This document shows, piece by piece, positions 1 through 17,989 of a stretch of 64,000 bases of DNA (the stretch's first letter is position 1; each line of letters opens with the position of its first letter). A program made the translations under genes and the position numbers. The notes below the pieces were generated by a model. It worked only from the letters and a program-made list of their open reading frames with translations. It ran no database searches and was not told where the DNA came from. This DNA comes from the human T2T-CHM13v2.0 reference genome, Homo sapiens, in assembly GCF_009914755.1 (NCBI RefSeq), contig NC_060928.1; one strand, written 5' to 3'.

Positions 1-1267
<1,267 letters not shown>

Positions 1268-2099
1268 TAGATTTTTTAATCTTAAGAGAAAGTTCTTGAT
1301 TAAAAAATGTAAGTAGACACTGAGGAGGTAAAAGGAAAAACTTCCCAAACCACTCTTCTATTTCCAGACTCAAAACTAGCACTAACTTAAATTGAAAGGC
1401 TGACTTCAGTGAGTTCACACCATCTCAGACGTAATTAGTGACAAGATATTTATTAAGTAAAAAAACAAAAGGAAACTTTAAGCCTCCAGGTTCTAACTAT
1501 GTCTCTGTTCTTCCAGAGCAAAATCTCTCTACCTGGAGTGGAACTATAGGTTCCACAGGGAATGCCTGCACAGAGTATGGAATATCTACCTGGATAATAG
1601 AACTTTGTGAAAATAATCAAACCATGAGTTCTTAAGACTAAAGCATCCTTGAGAGTAAGAAATAGAAACCCAACTTTAATTTCTGCTGCAGGGAAGAAAG
1701 CAAGCACCTAATGTCTTTTCAGCGAAGCCATAAAAATAATCTACACATAATCACATTGGGAGCAGATGTGAGAAGAATTAACAAATTGGTTACCAAATAC
1801 TTAAATACTTCCAGACCGCAAAGGTCAGCCAGTACTCTATTTCATTTTAATGCAAGCATATCAAACAGACTAACTGCCATAGTTCCTAGGATTCAAAACT
1901 ACTCTTCAACAACCAACACAAATCTAATTTTCCACCACCATTTCTTTCCTACTAGAGTAGGAAATATATAATGACATTTTCTAAAATTAAGAAAAAAACA
2001 ACACAACTCTGGCAATATTTAAACTTTTGTCCCTCAAGTATTTTTTCCCCTAATGACATAATTTCTTATTGAAATCTTCCGACTGTCTTCCTCTATTGC

Positions 2100-2469
2100 T
2101 GGTGTGGTTAGGCTTTGTGTCCCCACCCAAATCTCATCTGGAATTGTAATCCCCATGTATTGAGGGAGGAACCTGGTGGGAGGCAATTAGATCATGAGGT
2201 CAGTTTCCCCCATGCTTTTATTGTGATAGTGAGTAAGTTATCATGAGATCTTATGGTTTTATAAGTGTTTGGCAAGTTCTTCCTTTACCACTCATCTCTC
2301 TCCTGCCGCCTTGTGAAGATGTATATATTTGCTTCCCCTTCCACCATGATTGTAAGCTTCCCGAGGCCTCCCCAGCCATGTGAAACGGTGAGTCAATTAA
2401 ACCCTTTTCCTTTGTAAATTACCCAGTCTCGGGTATTTCTTTATAGCAGTGTGAAAATGGATTAATACA
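2100..2469 (+). mobile_element. THE1 (THE1D-like) MaLR solo LTR
   Basis: tgtgtccccacccaaatctcatc...aattacccagtctcgggtatttctttatagcagtgtgaaaatggattaataca; near-TSD attgc/attac. Confidence 0.9.
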
Positions 2470-3475
2470 ATTACAAAATTAGGGTTTAGCATGTTGGAAT
2501 CTCATTTCAGAGTAAAATGGTAAAATGTTAAAATCGCACTTAGTCGTTGTGTAATAGCCTGGAAAAGCTAGCATTTTGCAGTGATCTCCAGCAATTATAA
2601 GTCATTTTTCACACACAAATTTTATATCATTTTCATAATGTCATTCATCCTCATTTGTTATTTATTCATGCTGGTTCCTTCTCCAGATGAGACAAACGAG
2701 GCTTAGAAATGCTTGTCATTTGTGTATGCTCTCAACACACTAAGCATCAGAACTGGGGCTGCCAGGCTGGCCTCCCGTATCTCCATGTCAGCGCACATTT
2801 GGTTGATCAGGATGTTCCCTTCTGCTTCACCTCCAGAGTAAGGCATACTTGTGAGTGCATCCCCACAGCAGTAACCCCACAAGGTCATAGCAGTCCCTGC
2901 TAATTTGTAGACCACTAAATGCAACTTCCGTCTCTTGTGTTCTTCTTTATCCTCTCCTCTTCAGAATGCTTACTTACTCTGCAAATTAATATATTATTAA
3001 TTTTTGGTTGTAACCATTATCAAAATTATCTTTAGTAGAGATTATGGATTTTTTATGATTTCTAAGAAACAATAAAGTATCATTCATTTAGTAACTTTTC
3101 CATCTAAGTTATCTTAGACATTCTTCTCCACTTACACATCCTGCATCCCAATCAACTCTATGTTTTCTAAATGATATGTATATCAGGCTATTTTATAATT
3201 GATTCATTTTAGAAAATTCCTTCTCAATTCTTATTGAGGAAATTATAGTTTTAGCATTTACCTATCATTGCTTTTCCTTCCCTCCACACTAACACCCCAC
3301 ACCCATCTTCTTTATCCCTCTAATGTAAATATATTATATAAATGTATCATAACTTCTGGTCAAATCAATATTAGTATCCACATTGTTGACTAGATCAGTA
3401 TCAATTATACCTGATCCTAGTAATATACTGTGATCATCTTTCCTTTTATGTTCATGTTATGATTTTGTTGGAGAT

Positions 3476-3973
3476 TGTGATGGTTAATACTGAATGTCAA
3501 CTTGATTGGCTTGAAGGATACAAAGTATTGATCCTGGGTGTGTGTGTGAGGGTGTTGCCAAAGGAGATTAACATTTGAGTCAGTGGACGGGAAAGGCAGA
3601 CCCACCCTTAATCTGGGTAGGCACAATGTAATCAGCTGCCAGCACTGCTAGAATATAAAGCAGGCAGAAAAATGTGAAAAAAAGAATGGCCTAGCCTCCC
3701 AGCCTACATCTTTCTCCTCTGCTGGATGCTTCCTGCCCTTGATCATCGGATTGCAAGTTCTTCGGTTTTGGAACTAGGACTGGCTCTTCTTGCTCCTCAG
3801 CCTGCAGATGGCCTATTGTGGGACCTTGTGATCATGTGAGTTAATACTTAATAAACTCATATCTATATATATAGAGATATACACACACATTATGTAATAT
3901 ATACTATTATATATATATATAATATATATATATATATTCCATTAGTTCTATCTCTCTGGAGACCCCTGATACA
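3476..3973 (+). mobile_element. MLT2A (MLT2A1-like, HERV-L) solo LTR with an internal (TA)n tract
   Basis: Starts tgtgatggttaatactgaatgtcaacttgattgg and ends ...gataca; perfect 5-bp TSD GAGAT at 3471-3475 and 3974-3978. Confidence 0.92.
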
Positions 3974-6900
3974 GAGATAATTGCTTTTTTATGTAATATA
4001 TTTATATTTTTTAATTCAACAAGTAAAATTACTTAAAACACAACTAAAATTCCTCTGAAAGCTATTTTTTCACATGACTGACCACATCAGGTAGCCTGTT
4101 ATTCTCATTATTTGTGTGTTTGTTTGTTTCTTTATTTAATTTTGTATATCACACCTCCCAGAGCCCCCATTCTGCTGCTCCAGTTCAGTCTGATTGCCCT
4201 ACAACTGCTGTATTCTTGTCATCCAGGAGTTTCCTCTTGTCTCTGTTCCCCATTGGTTTTTTTGTTTGTTTGTTTTAAGAATCTCATGACTTCCTCTTGG
4301 CTTAGTTCCTCATTTGCACGTATTATATGTTCCAAAAGAAAAAAAAATAATCCTGAGAATGAGTGCCTACGACTCGTAGTGTTGGAAATATATTCTAAAA
4401 GTCCTCTACCTAAACAAAAAATCTAGAAGCATCAGACCTGTATAAAACAAATTTCATTTTAAATCTCAAGCTAAGTTTACTATAAAGCAAAGAAAACTCT
4501 TAGCTCAAACAGAGAGAGCTTCTAACAAGCAGTGAGCTCTTAGTGCAAAGAGAGAGAGCTGCTAAAAAGTGGTGCACAGGCTTCATGGCTAAGAGTTTTC
4601 TGTAGACATTTATGAATGTTATGAATGTTGTTCTTAGGTTTAGAGACATAGAAGGTTTTAGAATTAAGCAAGGTGAAGAGTTGAACTTGAAATCCCTCTA
4701 CATCATGCAAGGAATAGGTCTCTACCGACCGAGAAATGGTTGTCTAGAAAAAATAAAATCACCTCAAGACAGGATGGTAAGGATATACATTTGTCTCAGC
4801 CTGGGCACTGGATTGGGTTAGGAAAAACATCTTCTTTAGGAATTCCAAAGCACAAGATGCTAAATTGTTACTATGTATTATTAGGATATTTTTTAAATCT
4901 CTAAATAAGTAAGTAATTTAAAGTGATCCCAGGTTAATTGCACCAAGACAAGATGAACAGAGTTCATGAAGAAATAAACCACCATGAAGAGTCCCCTGAA
5001 AAATTGGCTTAATTAGAATTCTAAGAATTCCAGCGATGAGAGTTATCCCAAAAATATGTAAAATGGTTTTCCTTAAACTGTTAAATGAAATAAAAATATA
5101 ATAAAGGAAAATTTTAAAACCCCAATACATGTTTAAAAAGAGCTAAGAGGACTTGGAGACATGAAAAGCAATAACATTGAAATTTTTTTTTAATTGAATA
5201 GACGAAGCAGCAGATTGCACATGGCTGGAGAGGGATTGTTAAGCTAGGAGACAGATTTAATTAAATACCTTTAATGCATCATAGACAGGCAAATTAAAAA
5301 AAAAATAAGAGAAAGGCTAAGTCCCAGTAGGAAAAGATTGATTAAAATATATCTATTCAGAAGTTCAGAAGATGAAAGAAAGGATGGAATTAGGAGGGAG
5401 TGCTATATGGGAAAAAAATAGGTTTATAACTTTTACAGTATCTTTTTCTAAAAAAACTCGAATGATCAAGTGCAGAAAGCCAAACAAATTCCAAGTGAGA
5501 CAAACTGAAATTAATACCTAGAAACACTATATTGAAACTGCTGAACACCAAAGACAATGAGATCTTAAAAGCAGCCAGAATAACAGACAACAAATTACTA
5601 CAAAGCAATAACAAGCAGAGAAGCAGTGGATCATTAAGAGCAGCAGAATGTGTTCCAAAGGCTGAGGGAACAGAACTGTTAATCTAGAATGGCATGTCTT
5701 GTTAAGCTGTTCAGAAATAAGGTAAAGAGAGATATATTCAGAAGCCTCTTCACACTCACACACACAAAAATACCTAGAGAATTAACCATCACAACTTCAG
5801 ATAAAAGACTTTGAATGTTAATACAAATTATACAAAACTTGCAAATAAAGCAAAGATAAATGTCAGAGAAGCAAGGCAGTTTTCCAACAAGTTTACCTGG
5901 GGGTCAGCTGATTCTCTAGGAGAATGTAAGACCATCTGCAAAATTGATTAGGGTTTAGACATTTTGCAGTGAAACTGAAGGTGTGATGATTTTTTGGTTT
6001 TGCTCAGCAGGAAGATATCATGAAAGTTATGGTTTTATTATCCTGTAGAATATTAAATGGCTTTGTAACTAACAGCATTCTGGGTTTTTTTTTTTATTTT
6101 TTTACCCCCTCCCTCACTCTTACAGCATTTTTAATTTAGCATTCCTTTGTCCTCACTGACTTTATATCCCATTTTCTGAAATTGTCTTTTGAACCAGTCA
6201 TGTTATTTTGCTGCTAAATAAAACTTTGTCACGCACTATTTTCCAGGATTTTTTTTTCATTTTTGAATAATGCTCTGACAAGACTGTACTTCAAAATAAG
6301 AGAAAAGAAACCCAAAAAACAAAAAGAAAAAGCAACTTGTAGGAAAAAAATGTGTAAAACTAAATGTCTATACACGTGAGTAGATCTAAATGTATATTCG
6401 CCACTTGAGATTGTAATAAAATATAAATGCTTTAGAAGAAAATGTTTTAAATGGAACTAAACATTGAGAACATTAAGAATAAGATTATCATAATTAGTGA
6501 ATTTTATGTTTTTTATGTTTTTCAGGAGAGGCTAGAGATATTAATTAACCTAAGATTTTATTATGTGAATATATTATAATTAGGGTAATTATAAAAATGG
6601 TTAAAAGGTCCAAATTGTTGGAGAAAAAACACTGAATTTTAAAAGATCAAACTTCAAGCAGTCATAGAAGTAAAAAATGAATATGGAAAAGCATTAAATT
6701 GTAAAAGTAATTAGAAAGCGTAATTATAATTATAGAAATCAGTAATTGGAATAAAAGTTAATAGACTCCTTTTAATAGTGGCAGAGGCTGTTGAATTGGA
6801 TTTTGAAATTTGTTGTTATTTACAAGTCAAAAGCTTAAAACACAAGGGCCTGGAAAAGCACATAGAAGAGTCAAAGACTGGAAAAAATATATCAAGCAAA

Positions 6901-7010
6901 TGCTAACCGAAAGACAGCTAAGATACCTATAGGTAGTTCATAGAAAAAATGGTCAAAGCACGTTACTGTGGATACAGAGAGTCTCTGAATCAGGATAAAA
7001 CGTATCATCA

Positions 7011-7652
<642 letters not shown>

Positions 7653-7820
7653 TTAATATTCTCGAAATCTATAAAGGAAAAATGACAGAATTCAGTTCTA
7701 ATAAGATATTTGATTGCAACAATCTGTGGAGTTGATAAATATATCAATTAATACTATGTGAATCTTGAGTTCCCGCTTTTTGTTAAAATAATGTATAATT
7801 AGATATGGTAAAATAAAGCA

Positions 7821-10470
<2,650 letters not shown>

Positions 10471-10479
10471 AATCTGCAA

Positions 10480-11032
10480 AATTACTTTATTATAACAAAT
10501 TACTGCAAGCAGAGTGGTTTGAGAGAACAGAAGCTTATTATCTCACAGTTTTCATAAATCAGCAGTCCAGGTACAGGTTAGCTGGGTACTTGCTCAGGGT
10601 CTGACCAGGCTGAAATCAAGGTATTGGTGAGGGCCGTGATCTCAACTGAGGCCTGCTGCCTCTGCCCAGCTCAGTGGTTGTTAGTGAGATTCATTTATGT
10701 GTGGTTAGAAGACTGATATCCCATTGTCTTCCTAGTTGTAGCCTTGGGACCACTTTCACCTCCAGAGGTTTAGTTACTCCAGGCCAGCAGGACACTCCTT
10801 TAAGACCCAATCTGATAAGATTAAGTTCACAGGATGGTGTGACTTTCCATTAACTTAGTCAACTGATCAGGTGCATTAGTTACATCTGCAAAATACTGCC
10901 TCATGGCCATATAGTGTTACATAAGCATACGAAAGATACCCCATCATACTCACAGGATGAACTCAGATTCAAGGGGAGGAAATAAAATAAGGTGAGAATC
11001 TTGGGGGCCAGCTTAAAATTCTGTCTATCGCA
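10480..11032 (-). mobile_element. MLT1 (MLT1E/F-like) MaLR LTR
   Basis: ataacaaattac...ttattatctcacagtt...caggctgaaatcaagg; the reverse complement begins tgcgatagacagaattttaagctggccccc. Confidence 0.75.
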
Positions 11033-11519
11033 CTTGCCTAAGTTTAGGAATATTTTTACTGGATTCATAAGCGAGATTGGTATATCATTTTCCATTGTAT
11101 ATTCACCTTATGTGTTTGGAATATAAACTTAAACCTAGTCATTACTGTGTTGGGGAGTATTACCTCTTGCTTTATTCTCTAGACATATACTTAAATATAA
11201 GCATCTCTGTTCAACATTTTTAAAGTACTGCTCCAGCTGCAATCAATCACTTTCCTTTCTTCCCTACATTGATCTTCTAGCTTTCTGAATATCAGATCTA
11301 AATTGGTAGGAATGATAGAAATACTATTCCAAACTCTCAGCTTCATCAGTCACTGACTCTCCCTAAGGAAACAGTATACACTGTCTCCTCTAAGGAAACA
11401 GTATACATGTGTAATGTAGCATAGAGATCATGGAGTAAGTAGTTGGGAGAGTAGGTTTTAGTTTTAAATTTACCATTGCCCACCATTATATTGTCGTTAA
11501 TTAAATCTCTTTCTAATTC

Positions 11520-11985
11520 CTGTTGGGAGGCAATTTTCAATGAATATTTTCAGGTTTCTGCATGCTACAAGCTTTCTAAGGCAAAAAAGACTTCCAATGT
11601 TTGTTAAACAATGAATGACAAGCACGCCTTGGAGGTTAAAGGTAGTGCAGGATCCAGAGAGATTCAGAGACTTTATCGTGCCTAGAGCCATTTACTTAAC
11701 ATTCCAAGGCAGAGACTTTTTCCTCCCTTTCCCCAAAGAGGATTTGCTTCAGTTCCAGCTAACACCTCTGTAGGGAGAGGATTTGCCAAAGTGCCAGCCT
11801 TCTCATATAAGCTCTGATCTCATAATATTAAGGTTCCTCTCATGTAGTGCATCCCCCACTACATATGCAGGTGAACATCTGACTTTTACCTTGTGGGGAA
11901 TGAGGCCTGGGAACCAGATGCAGAGATATTCTGAGTAACAGTTGCCCTGTTCTTTGATTCAGAGTTCTTGTGTTTCCTGTTAGAA
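11520..11985 (+). mobile_element. Ancient LTR remnant, family undetermined
   Basis: LTR-like 3' part (catataagctc...ggttcctctc...tttgattcagagttcttgtgtttcctg) resembling old ERV LTRs; recognised from memory only. Confidence 0.35.
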
Positions 11986-12855
11986 TACGAATAAATACAT
12001 ATACAAAAATTCTCAAGCTTTTACAGGAGTAAGAGGGCTGTTAGAGTCCAGCCTGTAGCACAGTTTTCCTTTCCTAATGAGACAGATGAGGTTAGGTTTA
12101 TGAATATAAAAGGAATTTTACAAAGTTAGGACAAGATATACACATCAAAGTTGGAGAGGTAGTGATTGTTTTTATATGCCTACTGGTTAGACAGTATTTA
12201 AGAAGGTAGGTGTCAATTATTCAAATGTGCTCATTTACGTACTTCCTTTTCTTCCACAATAATGCTTATCCATGTAAACCACTGTATCCCTATATGATAC
12301 AGAGACCAAGACAGAAGGAGTTTCTCACTTCCATTCAGTTTCTAGTCATGTTGTAAGGCAAAAACTAGATTGTAGGAAGGAAAGGAAGAAAGTCCCTGCA
12401 AAGCTTAACAACAGCAACAACAACAACGACAACATACTAACTGAAAAGCTCATAGTTATCACTTACATAAGAAGAGAGTTTCAGAAGCGAAGGGGTAGGT
12501 AGAGAATCACTCACAATTTTGATATCGCTCTCCAGAAACTCTTCTCTGCTTTCCCTGCCCATCGCCCCAAGATACCTCTGCAACTTTGGTACTTTGATGC
12601 TGGTGAACTTGCCTGTGTTCACCAGTAGACTATAAAATCCATGAGTAAGGGCTAAGCCTTTCTTGATCACTCATGACCTAGCCTCATGACTGACCATCTG
12701 TAACTATTTTCAGAAGGGAAGGAAGACAGTAAAGAAGTAAAATAGATGAAAAGAAAAATGAGGAAAGGGAAGGATGCAAGCATTTATACTTTCAGTTACA
12801 TGGACCAAGATGCTAGGTAAAAGGAAAACCATGGATATGGTTATCGAAAGCTTTT

Positions 12856-13265
12856 TTTATTAGTCCATTATTATATTGCTGTTAAGAAATACCTGAGCCT
12901 GAGTAATTTATAAAGAAAAGAGGTTTAATGGGCTCACAGTTCTACAGGCTGTACAGGAAGCATGATACTGGCATCTGCTTGGCTTCTGTGAGGCCTTAGG
13001 AAACTTACAATCAGGGCAGAAGGCAAAGGGGGAGCATACACTTCACGTGGCTGGAGTAGGAACAAGAGAGAGAGTGAGCAGGGGAAGGTGCTACATACAT
13101 TTGAACAACCAGATCTTGGCAGAACTCACTCACTCTCAGGAGAAGAACACCAAAGGGATGGCACTAAATCATTCACAAGAAACACCTCTTGATCCAGTCA
13201 CCTCCCAGACTCCACTCCCAACATTGAGGAATATAACTCGACATGAGATTTGGGCAGCTATATCA
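12856..13265 (-). mobile_element. MSTA-like MaLR solo LTR
   Basis: attagtcc...aatttataaagaaaagaggtttaat.ggctcacagttc...catgagatttggg...tatca; near-TSD ctttt/ctttc. Confidence 0.9.
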
Positions 13266-15649
13266 CTTTCACACACATCTCTTGAATTTTTTAAAAAGGC
13301 TTCATACATTATTCTCTTTTTTTTTCTCAGTTACGTGGCCGGGAGACCTCCTTCTTCTGAAATCACCAGTTGCCAAGGTTCTGCATGTGGAACCTACCTC
13401 ATTAAATGCTGTCAGTGACATGCACTGATTATTTTCTTCCATCCTTTCAACAAATCTATGTCACTTTTTTATGCTGAGTAGAGAGTTATTACTGATATTT
13501 CTCATGTTCTCTTCAAAGTCTTGTTTGACACTGAATATATGAACAAAATCGTGATTTGAAGGTTTGACGATGTAGCAGAAAAAGAACTACTGACAAGAAT
13601 TTTGGAGTTTGAGCAATGAGTACAATATTTTAAGTGTTTTGGATTCTATGTTCCCATCCACCAGTGCTTAACTCCTAGCACTGAGTCCAATTTTTTTTTG
13701 TCATTTCCTAACTAATAGTTATAGCTGAGCCAAATCAACAGTATATTACTTAGAGAAGTAAATTTACATTTTTCTTTTTCTATTTTTTCTCTTCTGAACA
13801 TCTTATCCTAAATATATTGTTTTAGCCTGACATAAAGCTTATTTTGCTACCCAAGTTATTATATAGAATTGAGCTTTATGGTTTGGTTTGCTAAACCCAT
13901 AGTTGAAAACTAAACATTTCTGGAAAAAAATAGATAGGAATATCATTTATTGAACATGGCCAAGAAATTTATTTTTAATAACTGAACCACAGATGGGATG
14001 CCATCTGTCAGCATATGGCATTGGCTCTTAAAGCAATGTTTACATCTGGGGGATATGACGCTTTCTTTGAGAGAACAAGAGGCATTATTGGACTAAACAT
14101 GAAGAGGAGTGATTTTAGACTCATGAATATTGTAAGTTTGCTAAGGATAGAATCAGCATGTTTATATGCATACAGTTTTCGTACATTTGGGTGGATAAAA
14201 AGAGAGAAAATCTGTTCATTGAAATTCTGTTATGATAATGAAAATAATTATAATTTTGAAGTTGTTGGGGTTTTGTTCTCCTGTGATAGACAAAACTGTT
14301 ATAAGAGATGACCGGATCACCACATATGAGTGCTTTTATATACTCCATTTCACTCTATAAAGTTCCCTATAAAGTTACTAATTTATTATTTTAGTTTCTT
14401 GAAATCTCAACCATCAGCTTAATTTTATTCAGAAATTTACGCAGAAGACGAATTTTTGTTTCTTAATTTTCAAAAACTTCAAAAACTTATCTGGCGTAGT
14501 TTTCTTGTTTTACTATGTATAAATGTTCTTATTTTTAATCAACTTTACATTTTTAAACATAAAATCAGAAAAATATTTTCTTATTTTTATTATAAAAGCT
14601 CTAACCTGATATAATTTTTAATTACCATACACTTGTAAGGAAATGGTGTTTTGTTTATATGCAACTAACTCTCTGGTTGCAAGCAACCTGAATAAATTCT
14701 GATTAATACTACCTTTTCCATTGTTAGTTCAAAACAAATTCAAAACAGAGCTTCTCTTTTCTTTCACCTAGTATGACAAAGACTCAATACCTTTACTTGC
14801 AAAACTATACAAATTGCAAAATTCTAGTGAATGGAGATTGTGAACAAATATTTAATAATAATTCAAAAAGCAATAATCACAACTACTGTTTTAAAATATT
14901 CTCTATGTAGCAATACTTAGGGGATTTATAGGCATTCTCTTGAATCTTGAAAGTAACTCTACAAAATTATAATTTTTCCCTAGTTACAGTTGAGGAAAAA
15001 AATGTGTTTAATGAAATTAAGTAATAGGACTAAGACCAGGGAACTGTAGTAAGCCGTATCAGCTTAAAGACACTCTTCTACTATATATATAATGCTACTT
15101 CCCTGTATGGCAAAATGCTGCTGGTAGACAAACATAAAACATTTATTGATTCTTGAAAGGAGAAAAAGATTAACTGCACCACTAATTACAACATAAATTA
15201 AAATTACAATGAAGTACCAATTTCATTATATATAAATCTGAACTTTTGTAAGTTTAACTACTAGTCTTCTCAAAAATTAGAGAAATGGTTAAAATCATAT
15301 ACTTATAATCTGGTTGTGCATATATAATGGGTTTTGGAAAGACTGAGTAAGATTTCTAAAGTGTTCATAGCTTTTGATCTATTACTCCACATCTATAGTT
15401 TTTATTTTAATAAAATAGTTAAAATATTAAGAAACTTAAATTTACAGAAACATTCTCTGTAGCAGAATACATCTAGGAAGACAAAGGTGATAAGATAAGT
15501 CATCTTCAGTATAAAGATGGTAAAATCTCATTATGTAATACATACTTAACAATTTTCCTGATGTAAGCCTTATATTAAAGAGAAAATTCTAAAAATACAG
15601 CAACAAGGATGAGACATGCTATTAGGGTCTCTTGTATCTATCTGTATCC

Positions 15650-15820
15650 TTTCTTAGAAAAGTTTCTTATTGAATTTCTGAAATGCAGTTTCCCCGTTTG
15701 TAAGATGAAGACAGTAATAGAAATACTTTCATGGGACTGATGCAAATAAAAATTATTTAACATATTTAAGGTATTTAGATCACTATTTAGAACATAAATG
15801 CTCAGTACATGCTAGGTATT
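15650..15820 (+). mobile_element. MIR SINE fragment
   Basis: MIR core cagtttccccgtttgtaagatgaagacagtaatag...aaatgctcagtacatgctag. Confidence 0.6.
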
Positions 15821-17852
15821 GTGGGATTTTTAATTATATAGAGTTAAGTAAAGAATAGAAAATGTGATCAATATTGTGATCAAAGGTATTACAGAAATAC
15901 ATATGAGCAAGTAGGCAAAAACAAAAGTCTGATTCGTTTGGTAATTATGGTGAATATTTGTTTTTCCCTTGGATTTCAATGACAACTCTAATTATATGTA
16001 TTAATATTTTTTAATTCAAAAACTTCTATTCCTAACCATTACTCTTAAAAGAAAATACTTGGGGAAAAGGATTGTGACTATTCAAAAAAGAAAAATTGAA
16101 AACCATTGGACTATTTTTCAGATATTATTTTTAGTAAAAGGATGAAATTTCCAAAGTGAAAAGAGAAAACAAAACTGAAAAAAAAAATTCTTTTTTGTTA
16201 ACTGTATGCTCAGCACATAGCGGTAGGTACCATACATTCAATTCTACCTTCAAAATGAAAGTGAAATATATGTACCGATTATCCTACATCATGACTTTTG
16301 AATTCAGAAAACTAACTTTGTCTCAAAAAGTTATATTAAATGCTATCTAGGGTATGTATGTGAATATGTTCATGCATAGGCACTTATGCTATCAATGAGT
16401 TGAGAATTGACTACACTTATATTGCTAAAGAGTCGTAAATTGGCAACATATTTTTTTCTTGCTCACAAATTCACTTAAACCACATGATAGGATAATGCAG
16501 ACACATTTTTAATACCAAATTTCATTAGGACCTTTGAGTAATTTCTCTGTATCAAGGGTTACCAAGTGGCTCCGCTCTAGGTGTCGGCTATATCAGAATC
16601 ATATAGGAGCACTTGCTACAAATAGACTCTTTGGTCCCTATTGCATCAGTCAGAGACTATATCCCAGGAATGTATATTTCTAACATAGAAGGAAATTGAG
16701 AACAATAACGAGTAGGGCAAATTACTATAACTGCTTCATGCCCAGGTTCTTCCGTCAAATCCAAATTTAATTAGCATGAAATAAGATATTCATAATCTGT
16801 TAGATAAAATTTCTAATTTTATAAGGTTATTTCTCTCTTTTTATCAGATGTTCTGTTGCAGAGAACAGATTCCATTCTAACTAGTTTGAACAGAAAAAAA
16901 AAGACTTATTACTTGATATTGAATAACTTTCAAAATTACTGAGAAGGAGCATGAGACAGAAAAGAGGTTGAGCATCTAGAAACAACCCTGAAGGTAACAG
17001 TATAAATCTAGAACAGCATGGGAGTTTCTGCCCCTCCCAACATTAGGGGTGTGAGATGGAAGCTGCTCTGTCAGAGCACTAACATGACAGCTTCCAGCTC
17101 CCGAGCCAATTATAACTATCCATGTCCGCAAGCCATGTAAGCAAGATAGATACTTCATGATCCGCTTCCCACCCTCTCTGTGTTGACACAGTTACATTTT
17201 CAAATATGATGAGTGTTCTGGATTAGTGAAAATTTAATGATATTCAAAAACTTGGTGAAAATTAGTCTGAGGAAAATTTAGCTTTCTAGTCTCTTCAGCC
17301 CAAGAAACTACACTAGAAAGGAAGTTGAGAACAGTAATGAATGGAGCAAATTATTATACCTGCTACAATATCCAGGTTATTTAGTTGAATACAAATTTAA
17401 TTAGATTGAGGTAAGATTGTTCCTAAAAATGTTACATTTCATACCACGTATTATTTTCTGTTTTTGCTGACTGATGCCATTTTTTCCTATTGAAGTAATT
17501 TCTCATTCCTCTGAGTTATCAATCACTTAATCTGGACCTCCCTATCAGCATGTATCACTTTCTACCATGTACTCCAGATATCAATTATCTTCCCTACTAT
17601 TGCAGAAAAAAAATCCATAAATTCCTTTCAGTCAGAATTGATTGTGAATTCTCAAATTTAGTGTAGTCCTTTGCAAAAGAAGATGGCTGTTCCCAAGAAT
17701 CAGCTTCTCCGAAAGGCAAGTTTAATGATCTTGATATTTATACTGCTATAATTTTGAATAAATAAGGGAAATGTTTAGACTTTCTTCCCAATTGTTGTCA
17801 GGCATTATAGAACTAGGTTTTTTATATAACTTGGATATATTTGGATTAGATC

Positions 17853-17855
<3 letters not shown>

Positions 17856-17896
<41 letters not shown>

Positions 17897-17909
17897 CCAT
17901 ATATATATA

Positions 17910-17953
<44 letters not shown>
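17856..17953. repeat. Interrupted (TA)n microsatellite
   Basis: About (TA)20-GCC-(AT)5A-GCC-(AT)20A, read directly. Confidence 0.99.
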
Positions 17954-17956
<3 letters not shown>

Positions 17957-17989
17957 AGTCCCCTGCCAAACTTTACTATCCTATTATAA

